From Candidatus Woesearchaeota archaeon (GTDB lineage: Archaea > Nanobdellota > Nanobdellia > Woesearchaeales > WJKL01): 47,863 nt of DNA. Below, piece after piece: positions 1 to 9,538 of this stretch. The position numbers were made by a program, and so were the translations under genes. The notes beneath the pieces are model-generated. The model was not told the DNA's origin. It saw only the letters and a program-made list of their open reading frames with translations, and did no database searches. The stretch spans positions 1 through 47,863 of the forward strand of contig JAHWIM010000006.1 of assembly GCA_019322535.1 (NCBI GenBank), read 5' to 3'. Position 1 is the first letter of the stretch; every line of letters starts with the position of its first letter.

Positions 1-136
1 AGTTGTTCTTTATGTTTCAAGTTTCCCTTATATTATGTGTTCAAAAGTAACAATAAAATTAGGAAAAAACATTTGTGAAGTAAAAGGAGAAATTGTACGT
101 TAGATAATTTTTACCTCTTCTTTAAGTAGAAAAAGA

Positions 137-745
137 TTAAAAGACCAATCTAGAAGAAATAAATAATATAATTGCAGTGTACATTATGCCTAAAACAAAA
201 GGAATATAAGCAGCAACTAATGCTCTTGCTTTTGTAAAATTATAATTTTCCTTAATAGCATAATGTGCATAATAAGACAATACTGCTGATAGAAGTACGC
301 CTAAAATACCAAAAGTAATATAGACTGGATTAGACAAATCCATCATTTTTCTTGTTTCAGCTATAGCTGCAAATTCAGTACGCAAAAAAATTACCTGAAT
401 CAATCCTAAAATGCTTCCAAAGACTCCAATAATATAAACAAATGAAAGAACAGAACACAATCTTCTGAATTTTCCTTTGCCTCCTAATATAATTGAGGAT
501 ATATGAAATAAAAAGAATGATACAAACAAAACTACAATTGAACTTGGTATTCCCATAATAAGATTAAGAATCATAACAGGAATTGAACCAAATATTATAT
601 ATGAGTTGATTAATGAAAAAATTAGATTAAAACCAACCAAGATTAAAATTATAATAAATATCTTACCCCATGACAAATCTTTTTTCAATATCTTTGTAGT
701 TGTCTCTTTTGGTTTTATTATTATGTCAACAAAGTTTTCTATCAT
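137..745 (-). CDS. Multi-pass membrane protein, Yip1-domain-like
   Basis: 202-aa ORF with a short polar N-terminus followed by about five hydrophobic helices (FIIILILVGFNLIF, VVLFVSFFLF, FVYIIGVFGSILGL, ITFGILGVLLSAVL, IPFVLGIMYTAIILF). The layout resembles Yip1-type proteins; the family call is by eye only. Confidence 0.45.
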   Translation of the reverse strand: MIENFVDIIIKPKETTTKILKKDLSWGKIFIIILILVGFNLIFSLINSYIIFGSIPVMILNLIMGIPSSIVVLFVSFFLFHISSIILGGKGKFRRLCSVLSFVYIIGVFGSILGLIQVIFLRTEFAAIAETRKMMDLSNPVYITFGILGVLLSAVLSYYAHYAIKENYNFTKARALVAAYIPFVLGIMYTAIILFISSRLVF

Positions 746-778
746 TTTATTAAGTTAAATAACTATATTATAAAAAAT

Positions 779-1840
779 TTACTTCTTCTTCAAGTGAACA
801 TCCATCTGAGGGAATGGAATTGAAATCTTGTTCCTATTCAAAGCTTTGTAGATTAATGTATTTGCATCATCCTCTGCTTTCCATCTTTTCATGTAATCTT
901 TCATCCAGAAAAAGGCTTTAAACTTCAATGAGGAATCTGCCATTTCTATAAATCTTACAAAAGGTTTTTTGTCTTTATCTCTTTTGATAGTGCCTTCGAT
1001 TTTATCTATTTCTTTTAAAACAATTTTTTTAACTTTGTCAACATCAGATCCATAAGCAACATTAAATGGAAGAACTACTCTTGCAGAAGGATCTGGAGGA
1101 GCATAATTGTCAACTTTGGAACTTGCTAACTCTCCATTTGGTATTATGACTGTTTCATTATTAAAAGTCCTAATTTTTGTACTTCTCAAACCAATATCCA
1201 TAACTGTTCCCATTGTTTTGTCATCTATTTGGATAACATCTCCAACTCTAACAGTTTTATCCAGAATCATGCTGATTCCACCAAAGATATTTCCTAAGGT
1301 ATTCTGCAAAGCAAATGCAACTGCAATACCTGCTATACCTAATGAAGCTAATAAGGGTCCTATTTTAATACCCCATAAATCTAAGACAAACAAAAATGCC
1401 AGAATTGCAAAAATTATTTTTGAAAATCTGTGAATTAATACTATTAACTGGTCATCTATTCTGCTTTTTGTTTTTTCTGCCCATCCTTTTCCCCAAGCAT
1501 CAATAAGAATATCAAAGACTCGTATTGTCATGTGAGCTACTATAATAACAATAAATGAAGAAAGTGTACTTCTTATTACAGATAATATTTTCTCTTGTAC
1601 ACCTAAAGGAATTATTGCTAAATGAGCACCTATAAATATTAATAACAAAGATATTGGTTTGTTTGTTGCATGTACAATCAAATCATCTACTTTTGTTTTT
1701 GTTTGCTTGGTTATTTTTAGAAATATATTTTTAGAGACAAAGACAAACAGCTTTGAAAGGATAATAAAACCTATAAAAATTACAGCTGCCTGCAGATAAG
1801 GATTTGAATACACTGCATTATAGATTTCTTGCCAATTCAT
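779..1840 (-). CDS. mscS: Small-conductance mechanosensitive channel (MscS family)
   Basis: 353 aa with N-terminal TM helices, then the classic MscS pore-helix and beta-domain signature LGIAGIAVAFALQNTLGNIFGGISMILDKTVRVGDVIQIDD..GTVMDIGLRSTKIRTFNNETVIIPNG. Confidence 0.85.
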   Translation of the reverse strand: MNWQEIYNAVYSNPYLQAAVIFIGFIILSKLFVFVSKNIFLKITKQTKTKVDDLIVHATNKPISLLLIFIGAHLAIIPLGVQEKILSVIRSTLSSFIVIIVAHMTIRVFDILIDAWGKGWAEKTKSRIDDQLIVLIHRFSKIIFAILAFLFVLDLWGIKIGPLLASLGIAGIAVAFALQNTLGNIFGGISMILDKTVRVGDVIQIDDKTMGTVMDIGLRSTKIRTFNNETVIIPNGELASSKVDNYAPPDPSARVVLPFNVAYGSDVDKVKKIVLKEIDKIEGTIKRDKDKKPFVRFIEMADSSLKFKAFFWMKDYMKRWKAEDDANTLIYKALNRNKISIPFPQMDVHLKKK

Positions 1841-1903
1841 AATGGCTTCTTTGCAGAATTAGTATATAAGCTTTTTGCTCTATTATAAAGTTAGAAAAAT
1901 TAT

Positions 1904-2320
1904 TTACCAGTCAAATGTCCACTTCATGTCTTTTTTGGTGTGTTCCATCCATTTCTTAGGAACTTTTGCATTTTTTGCTTTTCTTCTTATTGACTGGGCA
2001 ATTTTTTTAACTCTTTCTCCGCCAACATCTGCATCTAACTGCAGGAATTCATAAGCTTTTAGAATTTCATCATACTTCATTATTTGTTTTTTAATGTTTT
2101 CAACCAGTTTTTTCTTAGAAGCTTTTAATTTTTTGATAACTTTTTCTTCACTTCTTAATTCCATGTATTCATTAACTAATTTTACAATCTTTTTTTTATC
2201 TGCTTTAACTCCTTTTAAGAAATCTATAACAGCCTGAACGTCTGCTTCAACATCAACATGAGGTTTTGGTCTTTTAACTATTCCTAGTTTTTGCCAAATC
2301 TTCCATTCATTTATTGCCAT
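1904..2320 (-). CDS. Hypothetical lysine-rich, probably coiled-coil protein
   Basis: 138-aa ORF with no competing ORF and K/E-rich helical composition. I recognise no family. Confidence 0.4.
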   Translation of the reverse strand: MAINEWKIWQKLGIVKRPKPHVDVEADVQAVIDFLKGVKADKKKIVKLVNEYMELRSEEKVIKKLKASKKKLVENIKKQIMKYDEILKAYEFLQLDADVGGERVKKIAQSIRRKAKNAKVPKKWMEHTKKDMKWTFDW

Positions 2321-2419
2321 ATGAGAATTTTGTATTTTCAGATATATAAATTTACCGATTATTGATAAAATTTGTATACCACTGGTAACATCATAAAATT
2401 TAAATAGATATTAACTCTA

Positions 2420-3508
2420 ATGATAAATGGGATGCATAGTAAAGATGATTTGCAGTGGTTAGAGAAAAATAACTTGTTAGAGCCTGCTAAAGAGAATTCT
2501 TTTCATTTCAAACATGTTATTAGGAATTGTTTAGGTATAAAAGGAGATGAACAGCTATTAATAATAGGAGATAGAGGATATGAAGAAGGAAGATTATCTC
2601 CAATAATTGCTTTGAGTTATTATCTTGCTGCAAAAGAACTGAATGTTCCTGCTAAATTAATACTGCAGGAAGATCCTAAATACAAAGGAGACAGAGCAGA
2701 CCAAGAAGTTGTTGATGCTTTGTATGATTTTAGGCCAGGAAATTGTCTTGCCTTGACATTAAGCGCAAGATTAGGAAGTATTAAAGAAATCAGCCACAGT
2801 TTTAGAGGTTTTATCAGAGAAAACAGACACAGATTTGTTTCAACAACAAGCTTAGGACAGTTAACTACAGACAAACTGCCTCTCTTGATAAACGCAATGG
2901 ATGTTGATTATGAAAAAATCAGGAAAAAAGGAAGAGAACTTAAACAAATACTAGACAATGGGCATCTTATTCATGTTGAAACAAAAGCAGGAACTGATTT
3001 TTACATGAACAAAAAAGGGAAAAAAGCTGTTGCAAGCATAGGAAATTTTACAGAACAAGGAGAAGGAGGAAACATTCCTATTGGAGAGGTATTTACACCA
3101 CCTAAATGGAAGCATGCAGAAGGAACTATTGTAATTGACGGCAGCAGTTCTTACAGAGAAGGAACTCAATTAATCAAAACACCAATAACATTAACTGTTG
3201 AAAAAGATGAGATTGTTGACATCAAAGGAGGGATAGAAGCTCAAAAACTAGAAGGAAGCTTGGTTTGGGCTTATAGAAAAGCAAAACATCCATGGGGTAT
3301 TAAAAGAATTGGTGAATTTGGAATTGGAATTAATCCTAAAGCAAGAATTGTAGGAGCAACTATAATTGATGAAAAAGCATTAGGAACTGCACATTTTGGA
3401 ATTGGAAGTAATTATTGGTTTGGCGGAACAATCTATGCAATTGTACATTATGATCAAATTGTTAAAAATCCTTCTATCACAATTGATGATAAACCATTAG
3501 ATATTTAA
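2420..3508 (+). CDS. Aminopeptidase, M29 (AmpS/PepS, aminopeptidase T-like) family
   Basis: 362 aa with motifs GTDFYMNKKG, GNIPIGEVFTPP, EGTIVIDGS, IGEFGIGINP and LGTAHFGIGSN, typical of thermophilic metalloaminopeptidases. Confidence 0.7.
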   Translation: MINGMHSKDDLQWLEKNNLLEPAKENSFHFKHVIRNCLGIKGDEQLLIIGDRGYEEGRLSPIIALSYYLAAKELNVPAKLILQEDPKYKGDRADQEVVDALYDFRPGNCLALTLSARLGSIKEISHSFRGFIRENRHRFVSTTSLGQLTTDKLPLLINAMDVDYEKIRKKGRELKQILDNGHLIHVETKAGTDFYMNKKGKKAVASIGNFTEQGEGGNIPIGEVFTPPKWKHAEGTIVIDGSSSYREGTQLIKTPITLTVEKDEIVDIKGGIEAQKLEGSLVWAYRKAKHPWGIKRIGEFGIGINPKARIVGATIIDEKALGTAHFGIGSNYWFGGTIYAIVHYDQIVKNPSITIDDKPLDI

Positions 3509-3543
3509 TAACGTTTAAAAACAACCTTAACTTCTAATATTAT

Positions 3544-4488
3544 ATGGAAAAAGCAGCTGAAACTATTGTAAAAGATTGTATGAGAATAAATGAGAATGAA
3601 AGTGTTTTAGTTATTACTGATTCTGAAAAGAGATTGATTGGTGATGCTATTTTCGAAGCTGCAAAGAAAATCACTTCTAAAGCAAGTTATACAGAGATTC
3701 CTGTTGGAAAATACAATGGAGAAGAACCTCCTGAAAATGTTGCAGCTGATATGTGTAATTTTGATGTTGTTTTAATGGCAACTGCAAAATCTTTAAGCCA
3801 TACAAAAGCAAGAAAAAATGCTTGTGAAAAAGGCGCAAGGATTGCTTCTATGCCAAACATCACAGAAGATATGATGAAGAGAACCTTGAGTGCTGATTAT
3901 TTTAACATTACTGAAGTTACTGAAAAAATTAATTCACAATTAGAAGGAAATAAAATAAGAATTGTTACAGAAGCAGGAACAGATATTACAATGGAAATGG
4001 ACAAAAGGCATAAATTTACTGACCAAGGATTATATCATGAAAAAGGAGATTGGGGAAACCTGCCTGCAGGAGAAGCTGGAATGGCTCCTGTTGAAGGAAA
4101 AACAGAGGGTGTTTTTGTTGTTGATGCAAGCATGGCAGGCATTGGCAAATTAAAAGAACCAATCAAAGTAATTGTTAAACAAGGATTTGTTGTTGATATC
4201 CAAGGCGGAGAAGAAGCTTTGGAATTAAAAAAAATGCTTGAGAATTTTAATGATTCAAAAGTTTTCAATATTGCTGAGTTAGGCATTGGAACTAATGACA
4301 AAGCCCAAATAACTGGAAATGTTTTAGAAGATGAAAAAGTTTTAGGAACTGCTCACATTGCATTTGGAAATAATACTGCTTATGGCGGCAGATGTGATGC
4401 TCCATGTCATCTAGATGGTGTTTTTAAGAATCCAACAATCTATGTTGATGATAAGAAAATAATGGAGAATGGGAAGTTATTGATCTGA
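3544..4488 (+). CDS. Aminopeptidase, M29 family, tandem paralog
   Basis: 314 aa, colinear with the upstream ORF: GTDITMEMDKR, GNLPAGEAGMAPVEG, EGVFVVDAS, IAELGIGTN, LGTAHIAFGNN. Confidence 0.7.
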   Translation: MEKAAETIVKDCMRINENESVLVITDSEKRLIGDAIFEAAKKITSKASYTEIPVGKYNGEEPPENVAADMCNFDVVLMATAKSLSHTKARKNACEKGARIASMPNITEDMMKRTLSADYFNITEVTEKINSQLEGNKIRIVTEAGTDITMEMDKRHKFTDQGLYHEKGDWGNLPAGEAGMAPVEGKTEGVFVVDASMAGIGKLKEPIKVIVKQGFVVDIQGGEEALELKKMLENFNDSKVFNIAELGIGTNDKAQITGNVLEDEKVLGTAHIAFGNNTAYGGRCDAPCHLDGVFKNPTIYVDDKKIMENGKLLI

Positions 4489-4663
4489 AGGATCATAATT
4501 TGCTACAAAGTTAAGCAGATATTGTTTTAGCTGGTTCTTTAAGAGATAAATTTTTATATTGTTTAAGTGTGTTGATTGTTATGACAAATAAATTCAGCAA
4601 GGTTATCAAGTATAAGGGTGTTAAGGAAGACAGCAAGAGTGGACATAAGATTTCTTATAGAAA

Positions 4664-5596
4664 ATGAAAAAAGATAATAAAAAAGAAACACCATTGTGGA
4701 AATCAATTTTATTTGAAAAAAGACTGCCTTGGAGGTATGTTTGGAGTGGTGGATTTTTAAATACTTCTATATTAAAAAAGTTAAGGTTATTTTATTTACC
4801 TTCATTTTTGAAATTGTATAATTTAAGGAAAAAAGAAGACATTGCTATAATTATAGGGGTAAAAAATAGATTTGATTACAGAATAATAAATGCTTTAAAA
4901 AGCATAAGAAACCAAAATTACAATCAAGATTTGATTAAAATAATATTAGTTGATTATGATAGCAAGAAAGAATTAATTTCAAAATATAAGGGATTATGTG
5001 AGAAATATAATGCTATTTATATAAGGGTAAATAATAAATCCCTGTGGAATAGATCTCATTGTTTAAATATTGGTATTAAAAGAGCTAAAACTAAATATAT
5101 TTTAACTTCTGATGTAGATATGATCTTTGAAAGAAATTATATTAAAGAATCTATTAAAGAACTTAAGAAAGATCTTCACCAAATTATATTATCTAATCAC
5201 TTTGATTCTCAAAAGAATAATATTAATCAAAAGACAGATATAATAAGAGATTATAATAAAATTAAGTCTAAATGCAAATTAAGACCCACTGGTCTTGAAT
5301 GTATTAGTTTAAGTATAAATTTAACATTAACTTATTTCTATCACAAGATACGAGGATATGATGAATGGTATAAACTTTGGGGGGCCGAGGATACTGACTT
5401 AATAAAAAGATTTAAATTATTTGGATTGAAAATAAAAGATATAAGTTACAAAACTAGTTTCCTCCATCAGTGGCATCCGGAATTTGAAGGGGTAAAAAAT
5501 AGAAATTTAAAAAGACAAATTGAAAAAAATAGGGAATATTTAAGAAATAATAATTTGATAGTACGTAATAAGGAAGGGTGGGGAAAAATAAATTAG
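4664..5596 (+). CDS. Glycosyltransferase, GT-A fold (family 2-like)
   Basis: 310 aa. IAIIIGVKNR..NQNY..IILVDYDS plus a DxD-like SDVDMIF, and a C-terminal WGAEDTDLIKR resembling the galactosyltransferase C-terminal motif. Confidence 0.65.
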   Translation: MKKDNKKETPLWKSILFEKRLPWRYVWSGGFLNTSILKKLRLFYLPSFLKLYNLRKKEDIAIIIGVKNRFDYRIINALKSIRNQNYNQDLIKIILVDYDSKKELISKYKGLCEKYNAIYIRVNNKSLWNRSHCLNIGIKRAKTKYILTSDVDMIFERNYIKESIKELKKDLHQIILSNHFDSQKNNINQKTDIIRDYNKIKSKCKLRPTGLECISLSINLTLTYFYHKIRGYDEWYKLWGAEDTDLIKRFKLFGLKIKDISYKTSFLHQWHPEFEGVKNRNLKRQIEKNREYLRNNNLIVRNKEGWGKIN

Positions 5597-5626
5597 TTTT
5601 ATTATAAAATAAATTTAAAATAAAAA

Positions 5627-6535
5627 ATGGAGAATTGTCAAGATTTTAAAAAAGAAATAGAGAATAAGCTTGGGGGGTTGATTAATTCAAATTATTGTTT
5701 GTTAGATGTTCCAGATCATGATAATTTAGGAGATCACATTATCACTCAAGGAGAATTTGATTTTTTGAAGAATAATAAATTTAATATGAAATACTGTTGT
5801 CCATATAACTCTTTTGACGAAAAAATGGTTGATAAACAAGATTTAATATTATTGCAGGGAGGAGGTAATTTTGGAGATTTATGGTTTGTTCATCAGATTT
5901 TTCGAGAAAAAATAATTCAAACATTCAAAAATAATAAAATAATTATATTACCTCAAAGCGTTTATTTTAAGAATAAAGAAAATTTAGAAAAATCAATAAA
6001 AATTTTTTCAGAGCATAAAAATTTAACAATTTGTGCAAGAGATATAAAAAGTTTTGAATTCTTAAAAAAATATTTTGTGGACAATAAAATTTTATTAGTG
6101 CCTGATATGGCTTTTTATTTAGATGTTCCACAGATTCAACCAAAAAAAGAAATTAAGAGAATTTTGTTTATAAATAGAACAGACAAAGAATTAAAAGAAA
6201 ATATAAATCTTGATTTTATAAACAATGTTGAGATACATGACTGGCCAACAATAGAATCTCCTCCAAAATTTACTCATAAATTTGAAAATAGAGATTTTTA
6301 TGTCAAAGAAGGTGTGTCATTTTTATCAAACTATGATTTGATTATAAGTAACAGATTGCATGGCAGTATTCTTGCAACAATATTAGGCATCCCTAATATA
6401 TTATTAGACAATAGTTATAATAAAAGTAAAAATTTTTATAATACTTGGATGGAAGATATCTCCCATTGTAATTTTGCAGAAAACCTTGAAGAATTAAAAA
6501 CTATTTTAAGGGAAAAATATAGGATAGGTTATTAA
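5627..6535 (+). CDS. Polysaccharide pyruvyl transferase family protein
   Basis: 302 aa with NLGDHIITQGE, LLQGGGNFGDLW, ILPQS and SNRLHGSILATILGIPNILLDNSYNKSKNFY, typical of CsaB/WcaK-type pyruvyl transferases. Confidence 0.7.
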   Translation: MENCQDFKKEIENKLGGLINSNYCLLDVPDHDNLGDHIITQGEFDFLKNNKFNMKYCCPYNSFDEKMVDKQDLILLQGGGNFGDLWFVHQIFREKIIQTFKNNKIIILPQSVYFKNKENLEKSIKIFSEHKNLTICARDIKSFEFLKKYFVDNKILLVPDMAFYLDVPQIQPKKEIKRILFINRTDKELKENINLDFINNVEIHDWPTIESPPKFTHKFENRDFYVKEGVSFLSNYDLIISNRLHGSILATILGIPNILLDNSYNKSKNFYNTWMEDISHCNFAENLEELKTILREKYRIGY

Positions 6536-6542
6536 AATAAAA

Positions 6543-7640
6543 ATGATAATTCACAAACCTAAGATTAAAAAAGAAGATGGAAGAATTTGTGTTTCGTCTT
6601 TTATTGAAGTTGAGAGTGATGAATCTCTGTCTGATACTTTATGGTTTAAATTTCCAGAAGATCATGAAAAATTTGTATCAGATAACTCAAATGGATTTGT
6701 TGTTGCTATGCTTCCTTTAGCAATGTCCTTAGGAGAAGATATTAAAGTAAAAGGGAGAATGTCTTCTAAATTAGCATATGGATTAAAGCAATACCAGGGC
6801 TATTTTAATTTTTGGTTTCCAGATAATCTTAAAATAGTAAATATTATCTGTGATGATTTTGAAAGTGAAAATAAAATTGATGTTAAAGGTGTTGTGTGTT
6901 CTTTTTCAGGAGGTGTTGATTCATTTTATACTTTATATTCTCATTTGCCTGAGAATGAAAAGGATATAAGACATCAAATTTCTCATTGCTTATTTGTTCA
7001 TGGTTTTGATATTCCTTTAAATGATAAAAAATCTTATGATCTGGCTAAAAATAGTTATGAAAAATTAGCCAACAAGCTTAAGATAAAACTCATTTCAACA
7101 AGCACTAACATTAGAGATCTCTTAGACAAAAAAATCTCCTGGGAGATAACTCATGGGGCTGCATTAGCAAGCGTAGCTTTAACTTTGAGCAATTTAATCT
7201 CTCGTTTTTATATAGCTTCAAGCCGATCAATTATCGCTTGGGGGTCAAACCCAATTACTGATTCATTATTATCTACAGAAAAATTAGAATTCTTGAATTA
7301 CAGATCCTATGAGACAAGAATTAATAAAACTAGAATGATTGCACATTACCCTGAAACATATGATAATTTAAGGGTTTGCTGGGAGAGACCAGACGGTTTA
7401 AAGAATTGTTGTAGATGTGAAAAATGTATAAGAACAATGGTAACATTAGAATTAATGGGTGTTCTTTCTAAATATAAAACATTCCCAAAACCACTCACCA
7501 GAGAAAAAGTAAAGAACTGGCCGCTTAAAAAAGAAAACGAAATAAGATTCGCAAAAGAAATACAAGAATATGCCCTCAGAAAAGGAAGAAAAGATCTCGA
7601 GAAAGATATTTTGATTGCAATAAAAAACTATAAATGCTAA
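6543..7640 (+). CDS. PP-loop (adenine nucleotide alpha-hydrolase) superfamily protein, subfamily unknown
   Basis: 365 aa with an SGGxDS PP-loop (CSFSGGVDSFY) near residue 120 and a C-terminal Cys cluster (VCWERPDGLKNCCRCEKCIRT). Confidence 0.5.
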   Translation: MIIHKPKIKKEDGRICVSSFIEVESDESLSDTLWFKFPEDHEKFVSDNSNGFVVAMLPLAMSLGEDIKVKGRMSSKLAYGLKQYQGYFNFWFPDNLKIVNIICDDFESENKIDVKGVVCSFSGGVDSFYTLYSHLPENEKDIRHQISHCLFVHGFDIPLNDKKSYDLAKNSYEKLANKLKIKLISTSTNIRDLLDKKISWEITHGAALASVALTLSNLISRFYIASSRSIIAWGSNPITDSLLSTEKLEFLNYRSYETRINKTRMIAHYPETYDNLRVCWERPDGLKNCCRCEKCIRTMVTLELMGVLSKYKTFPKPLTREKVKNWPLKKENEIRFAKEIQEYALRKGRKDLEKDILIAIKNYKC

Positions 7641-7683
7641 AGAAGATATATGGATATTCATTGTCTCACTTGTCAAATGTTAA

Positions 7684-8355
7684 ATGGAGCAAGAAGAAAT
7701 GGAACAAATAATACATTTATTATGGACTGGAGGATGGGACTCAACATTCAGACTACTATACTTACTCCTAATTGAAAGAAGAGAAGTACAACTGTACTAC
7801 TTAATACAAAGTGAGAGGCCACAATTAGTTATTGAAATCAGAGCAATGGAAAAAATAAAAGAGATCATAACAATGAGATATCCGAGCACAAAAAAACTAA
7901 TAAAACCAACAATAATAAGAAATATGAAAGATTTCACTGAGTATGAAGAGATAGATGAAATGTTTAATAACCTATTATGTTTAACGCATATAGGGTGGCA
8001 GTATGTAGGATTATCAAAATTCGCAAAACACTACAACTTAAATGAACTAGAAATATGTGATGTGAAAAACGACTGCAAAAATGCAATAGCAGGATTAATA
8101 GCATCAAATTGTGAAGGCAAAGGACATGAATGTAAAATAAAAAATAGACCGGATAACAAAAATCTAGAAATGTTCAAACCATTCAGATTCCCATTAATAT
8201 ATCTCAGTAAACTTGAAATGAAATATATAGCAAAAGAAGAAGGTTTCTATGATATAATGAAACACACATGGTACTGTGGATCACCTAAGAAGGGGAATCC
8301 ATGTGGAAAATGCAGACCATGTACAATAAGAAAAGCAAGTGGGCTGGAATTATAA
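7684..8355 (+). CDS. QueC/ExsB-like PP-loop ATPase
   Basis: 223 aa with an N-terminal variant PP-loop LLWTGGWDSTF and a C-terminal Zn-type cluster YCGSPKKGNPCGKCRPCTIRK, as in QueC-like enzymes. Divergent; the function is not assignable. Confidence 0.5.
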   Translation: MEQEEMEQIIHLLWTGGWDSTFRLLYLLLIERREVQLYYLIQSERPQLVIEIRAMEKIKEIITMRYPSTKKLIKPTIIRNMKDFTEYEEIDEMFNNLLCLTHIGWQYVGLSKFAKHYNLNELEICDVKNDCKNAIAGLIASNCEGKGHECKIKNRPDNKNLEMFKPFRFPLIYLSKLEMKYIAKEEGFYDIMKHTWYCGSPKKGNPCGKCRPCTIRKASGLEL

Positions 8356-8445
8356 AAAAAATTCAAGGAAATTATTCAAAAAAATGATTCTGATTAGGTA
8401 GGTAAGATACTTTGGAAAAATATTTGGATAAATATTTTATGGGGT

Positions 8446-9315
8446 TTAAGCAGCTTTTATTTTTTCTTTTATCCATCTTTTAGCTCTTCCTGGACCATAC
8501 CAACCAAAAGCAGCTAAAGCGTGTCTAAATGCGCCAGCCCAATTATCAGTCATCTTTCCTTCTAACTTTCCACCTTCTTTAATTTCATTTCTTAAGATTG
8601 GAATAACTTCATCACCTTCAGGATGTACTGGCATTGTCACAGTAATATATCCTTTTCCAACACCTCTTAATGAATGATTGTCTGAACCTTTTACAGCACC
8701 AATCTTAAGTCCTCTTGGTCTGATTTTTCTATCATAATATAAATCTGCTTTAAAGTTAGCATTTCTCTCTATTAAATAAGGAACAGAAAAAATACCATTT
8801 GCATCAAAAACTTCAAAACCATCTACTAACTCTTCTAATTTTTCATTTGGAAATTCTTTCATTAATTCATCAAACTCTTTTATTGCTCCATCTCTCCAAA
8901 AAGGATGAGGTATAATTGTAATTGTTCTTTCAATTCCATCATATTTTGCCATATGTAATGCATACTTGAAAGTCCTGTCTTCTTTGATATGTTCTCCATA
9001 ATCCATTCCTACAACTAAAATTTCTCCTGCTAAAGTGTTAACTTCCTGCGCTTTTACAATCCAAATATCTTTTTCAGGAAAATAAAGCAAATTTTCATAA
9101 TTGACCCAAAAATAATTTTCACCTAATTTCAGATTGTCAACAAATCGTTCATATCTATTATCTCTAGTATTTGTTATGCTTAAAATTCCGCCAGGACCTA
9201 ATTTTTCTCTAGTAGTATCAACTATTCTATTAGCGCCTAATCTCTGTAATTCACCGCAAGTCATCAAATGACTATGTGGATCGACATTTACTTTTCTGTA
9301 ATGTTGAACATCCAT
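8446..9315 (-). CDS. Putative PHP-like metal-dependent phosphoesterase
   Basis: 289 aa with N-terminal VDPHSH (HxH), an internal IIPHPFW His and GSDNHS (DxH), a pattern reminiscent of the PHP fold. Weak call by eye. Confidence 0.4.
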   Translation of the reverse strand: MDVQHYRKVNVDPHSHLMTCGELQRLGANRIVDTTREKLGPGGILSITNTRDNRYERFVDNLKLGENYFWVNYENLLYFPEKDIWIVKAQEVNTLAGEILVVGMDYGEHIKEDRTFKYALHMAKYDGIERTITIIPHPFWRDGAIKEFDELMKEFPNEKLEELVDGFEVFDANGIFSVPYLIERNANFKADLYYDRKIRPRGLKIGAVKGSDNHSLRGVGKGYITVTMPVHPEGDEVIPILRNEIKEGGKLEGKMTDNWAGAFRHALAAFGWYGPGRAKRWIKEKIKAA

Positions 9316-9340
9316 AATAAAACAAAATCAAAGCAAGTTG

Positions 9341-9348
9341 TTTATAAA
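9341..9348 (-). promoter_or_regulatory. TATA box (TTTATAAA) for the 8446..9315 gene; leaderless geometry
   Basis: Self-complementary TTTATAAA lies 25 nt upstream of the ATG at 9315. The same spacing recurs at several other genes in the window. Confidence 0.5.
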
Positions 9349-9363
9349 TTTTTCAGAAAAAAA

Positions 9364-9513
9364 TGGGCTCAACGGGATTCGAACCCGCGACCTATGGCTG
9401 TCTTTGCGTAAGCAAAAACCCAGTGGATCTTTGATCTTAACGCGTAAGAGGCCATCGCTCTAGTTGCCCACAAGCTTAAGGAATAAACTCGTACCAGGCT
9501 GAGCTATGAGCCC
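9364..9513 (-). tRNA. tRNA-Lys(CUU) candidate with two introns (150-nt gene)
   Basis: The reverse complement reads GGGCTCA-TA-GCTC-AGCCTGGTA-[31 nt]-GAGC-G-ATGGC-CTCTTA-[45 nt]-A-GCCAT-AGGTC-GCGGG-TTCGAAT-CCCGT-TGAGCCC-A. It has a 7-bp acceptor stem, a GTTCGAATC T-arm, a D-stem GCTC/GAGC and an anticodon stem ATGGC/GCCAT. Removing both inserts gives a 74-nt cloverleaf with anticodon CTT. A TATA box lies 25 nt upstream. Confidence 0.8.
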
Positions 9514-9538
9514 ATAAAAGAAAAAAGAAGTAAATTGT

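Noticed and set aside
1-136. The leading 136 nt checked for a partial gene or RNA
   Set aside because: I found no open frame running off the edge that I could support and no recognisable RNA motif. It is probably the spacer downstream of the Yip1-like gene.
4581-4667. A 28-codon ORF (MTNKFSKVIKYKGVKEDSKSGHKISYRK). It starts 20 nt after a TTTATATT box and its TGA overlaps the glycosyltransferase ATG.
   Set aside because: The geometry fits a leaderless upstream ORF coupled to the GT gene. Such a short basic ORF in AT-rich DNA cannot be supported without conservation or ribosome data, so it is not listed as a feature.
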